Shown here: one piece after another, positions 63,229 through 64,000 of the stretch
How positions within the stretch are numbered: position 1 is the first letter of the stretch
How the letters are laid out: each line of letters opens with the position of its first letter
DNA from: Chrysomallon squamiferum
Lineage: Eukaryota; Animalia; Mollusca
Length of the DNA stretch: 64,000 bases
NCBI GenBank assembly: GCA_012295275.1
Contig: CM022669.1
Location: 8,122,001-8,186,000, forward strand
Direction: 5' to 3'
Made by a program: the position numbers and the translations under genes
The notes under the pieces: generated by a model
Told to the model about the DNA's origin: nothing
Database searches by the model: none
Seen by the model: the letters and a program-made list of their open reading frames with translations, nothing else

Positions 63229-64000
63229 ATTATCATAAAAAAAGCAGCAGTGATTCAGCAGCAGATAATCAGAAAGGCTGAGATTTACCACTGTGTAATT
63301 AAACGTGGCCACACTTGACCGATCAGCCGGAACCATCAACAGTGAGTGATATGAATACTGGAGTGTACAATATGAACAGTATGTGATACGAGATCCAAAT
63401 ACAGAACCTCACAGAGTTCGCACAAAAACTCTACACGAGCCTGGGTTTTATCGCCTTCCTATTTATCGTGTGTTAACCTTTTCAACAAGAGAGAATTGTA
63501 GCATTTTTTTGTCAGAGTTATTCAGTTAATGTTAACTATTTAAAACTTTTTTTTTTTTTTTCAGGTTCTGAAGGTTGAGTTGACATTCTGAGGTCTTGGA
63601 CTGTTTGTGTGATCTTTTTCCTGACAGGAAAACTAATAACAGAGACAAAAAAAAAAAAAAAAGCAGTTAAATTTGTGGATTGCTTATTGATGAGGTGAGT
63701 AAATGTGTGTTTGTTTATGTATCTCTGTACTTGTGTCTTATTTAACATGTCTGATTTACTTTTTGTTTCAGTTCTGTTATTAGTTCTGCTGGTATCATGT
63801 GATGATAAACTGATGATATTGTTGTCATCATTAGTATTAAATCCATGAGTGTTGTTATTTATATCATTATCATCTTCATCAACACCATCATGATCATTTC
63901 AGATGTCATTTTCAACATTATTATTATCATTATACAGCTTTAATAATTACAATACAACTTTGCCTTTTTCTTTTATTATTATTATTATTATTTACTATGA

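Overview
AT-rich, microsatellite-dense animal genomic DNA. The dispersed tRNA-derived SINE resembles one I recall from gastropods, so the source is probably a mollusc. Two protein-coding genes lie on the minus strand in the first ~15 kb. The first is a complete intron-containing ZNF710/ZNF366-like gene with 11 C2H2 fingers (6 coding exons, 14158->7959, 1107 aa by my splice reconstruction) and a probable non-coding first exon. The second, missed by the ORF track, is the 68-nt first coding exon (4136->4069) of an ABCC4/MRP4-like transporter in a CpG-rich promoter; the rest of that gene appears to run off the left edge. The remaining ~48 kb contains no recognisable protein-coding exon. It alternates low-complexity sequence with CpG-retaining, motif-rich islands (candidate enhancers or non-coding exons), decayed SINEs, a Tigger4/Zombi-like MITE and minisatellites. 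Most notable: a recursive-splice-type AG|GTGAGT junction in the zinc-finger gene, where skipping exons 3+4 would give a seamless chimeric finger (11 -> 7 fingers); a mammalian-Tigger-like element in an apparent invertebrate; SINE-seeded tandem repeats and a fold-back; and a dense nuclear-receptor half-site cluster. All homology calls are from memory of family sequences, not database searches.
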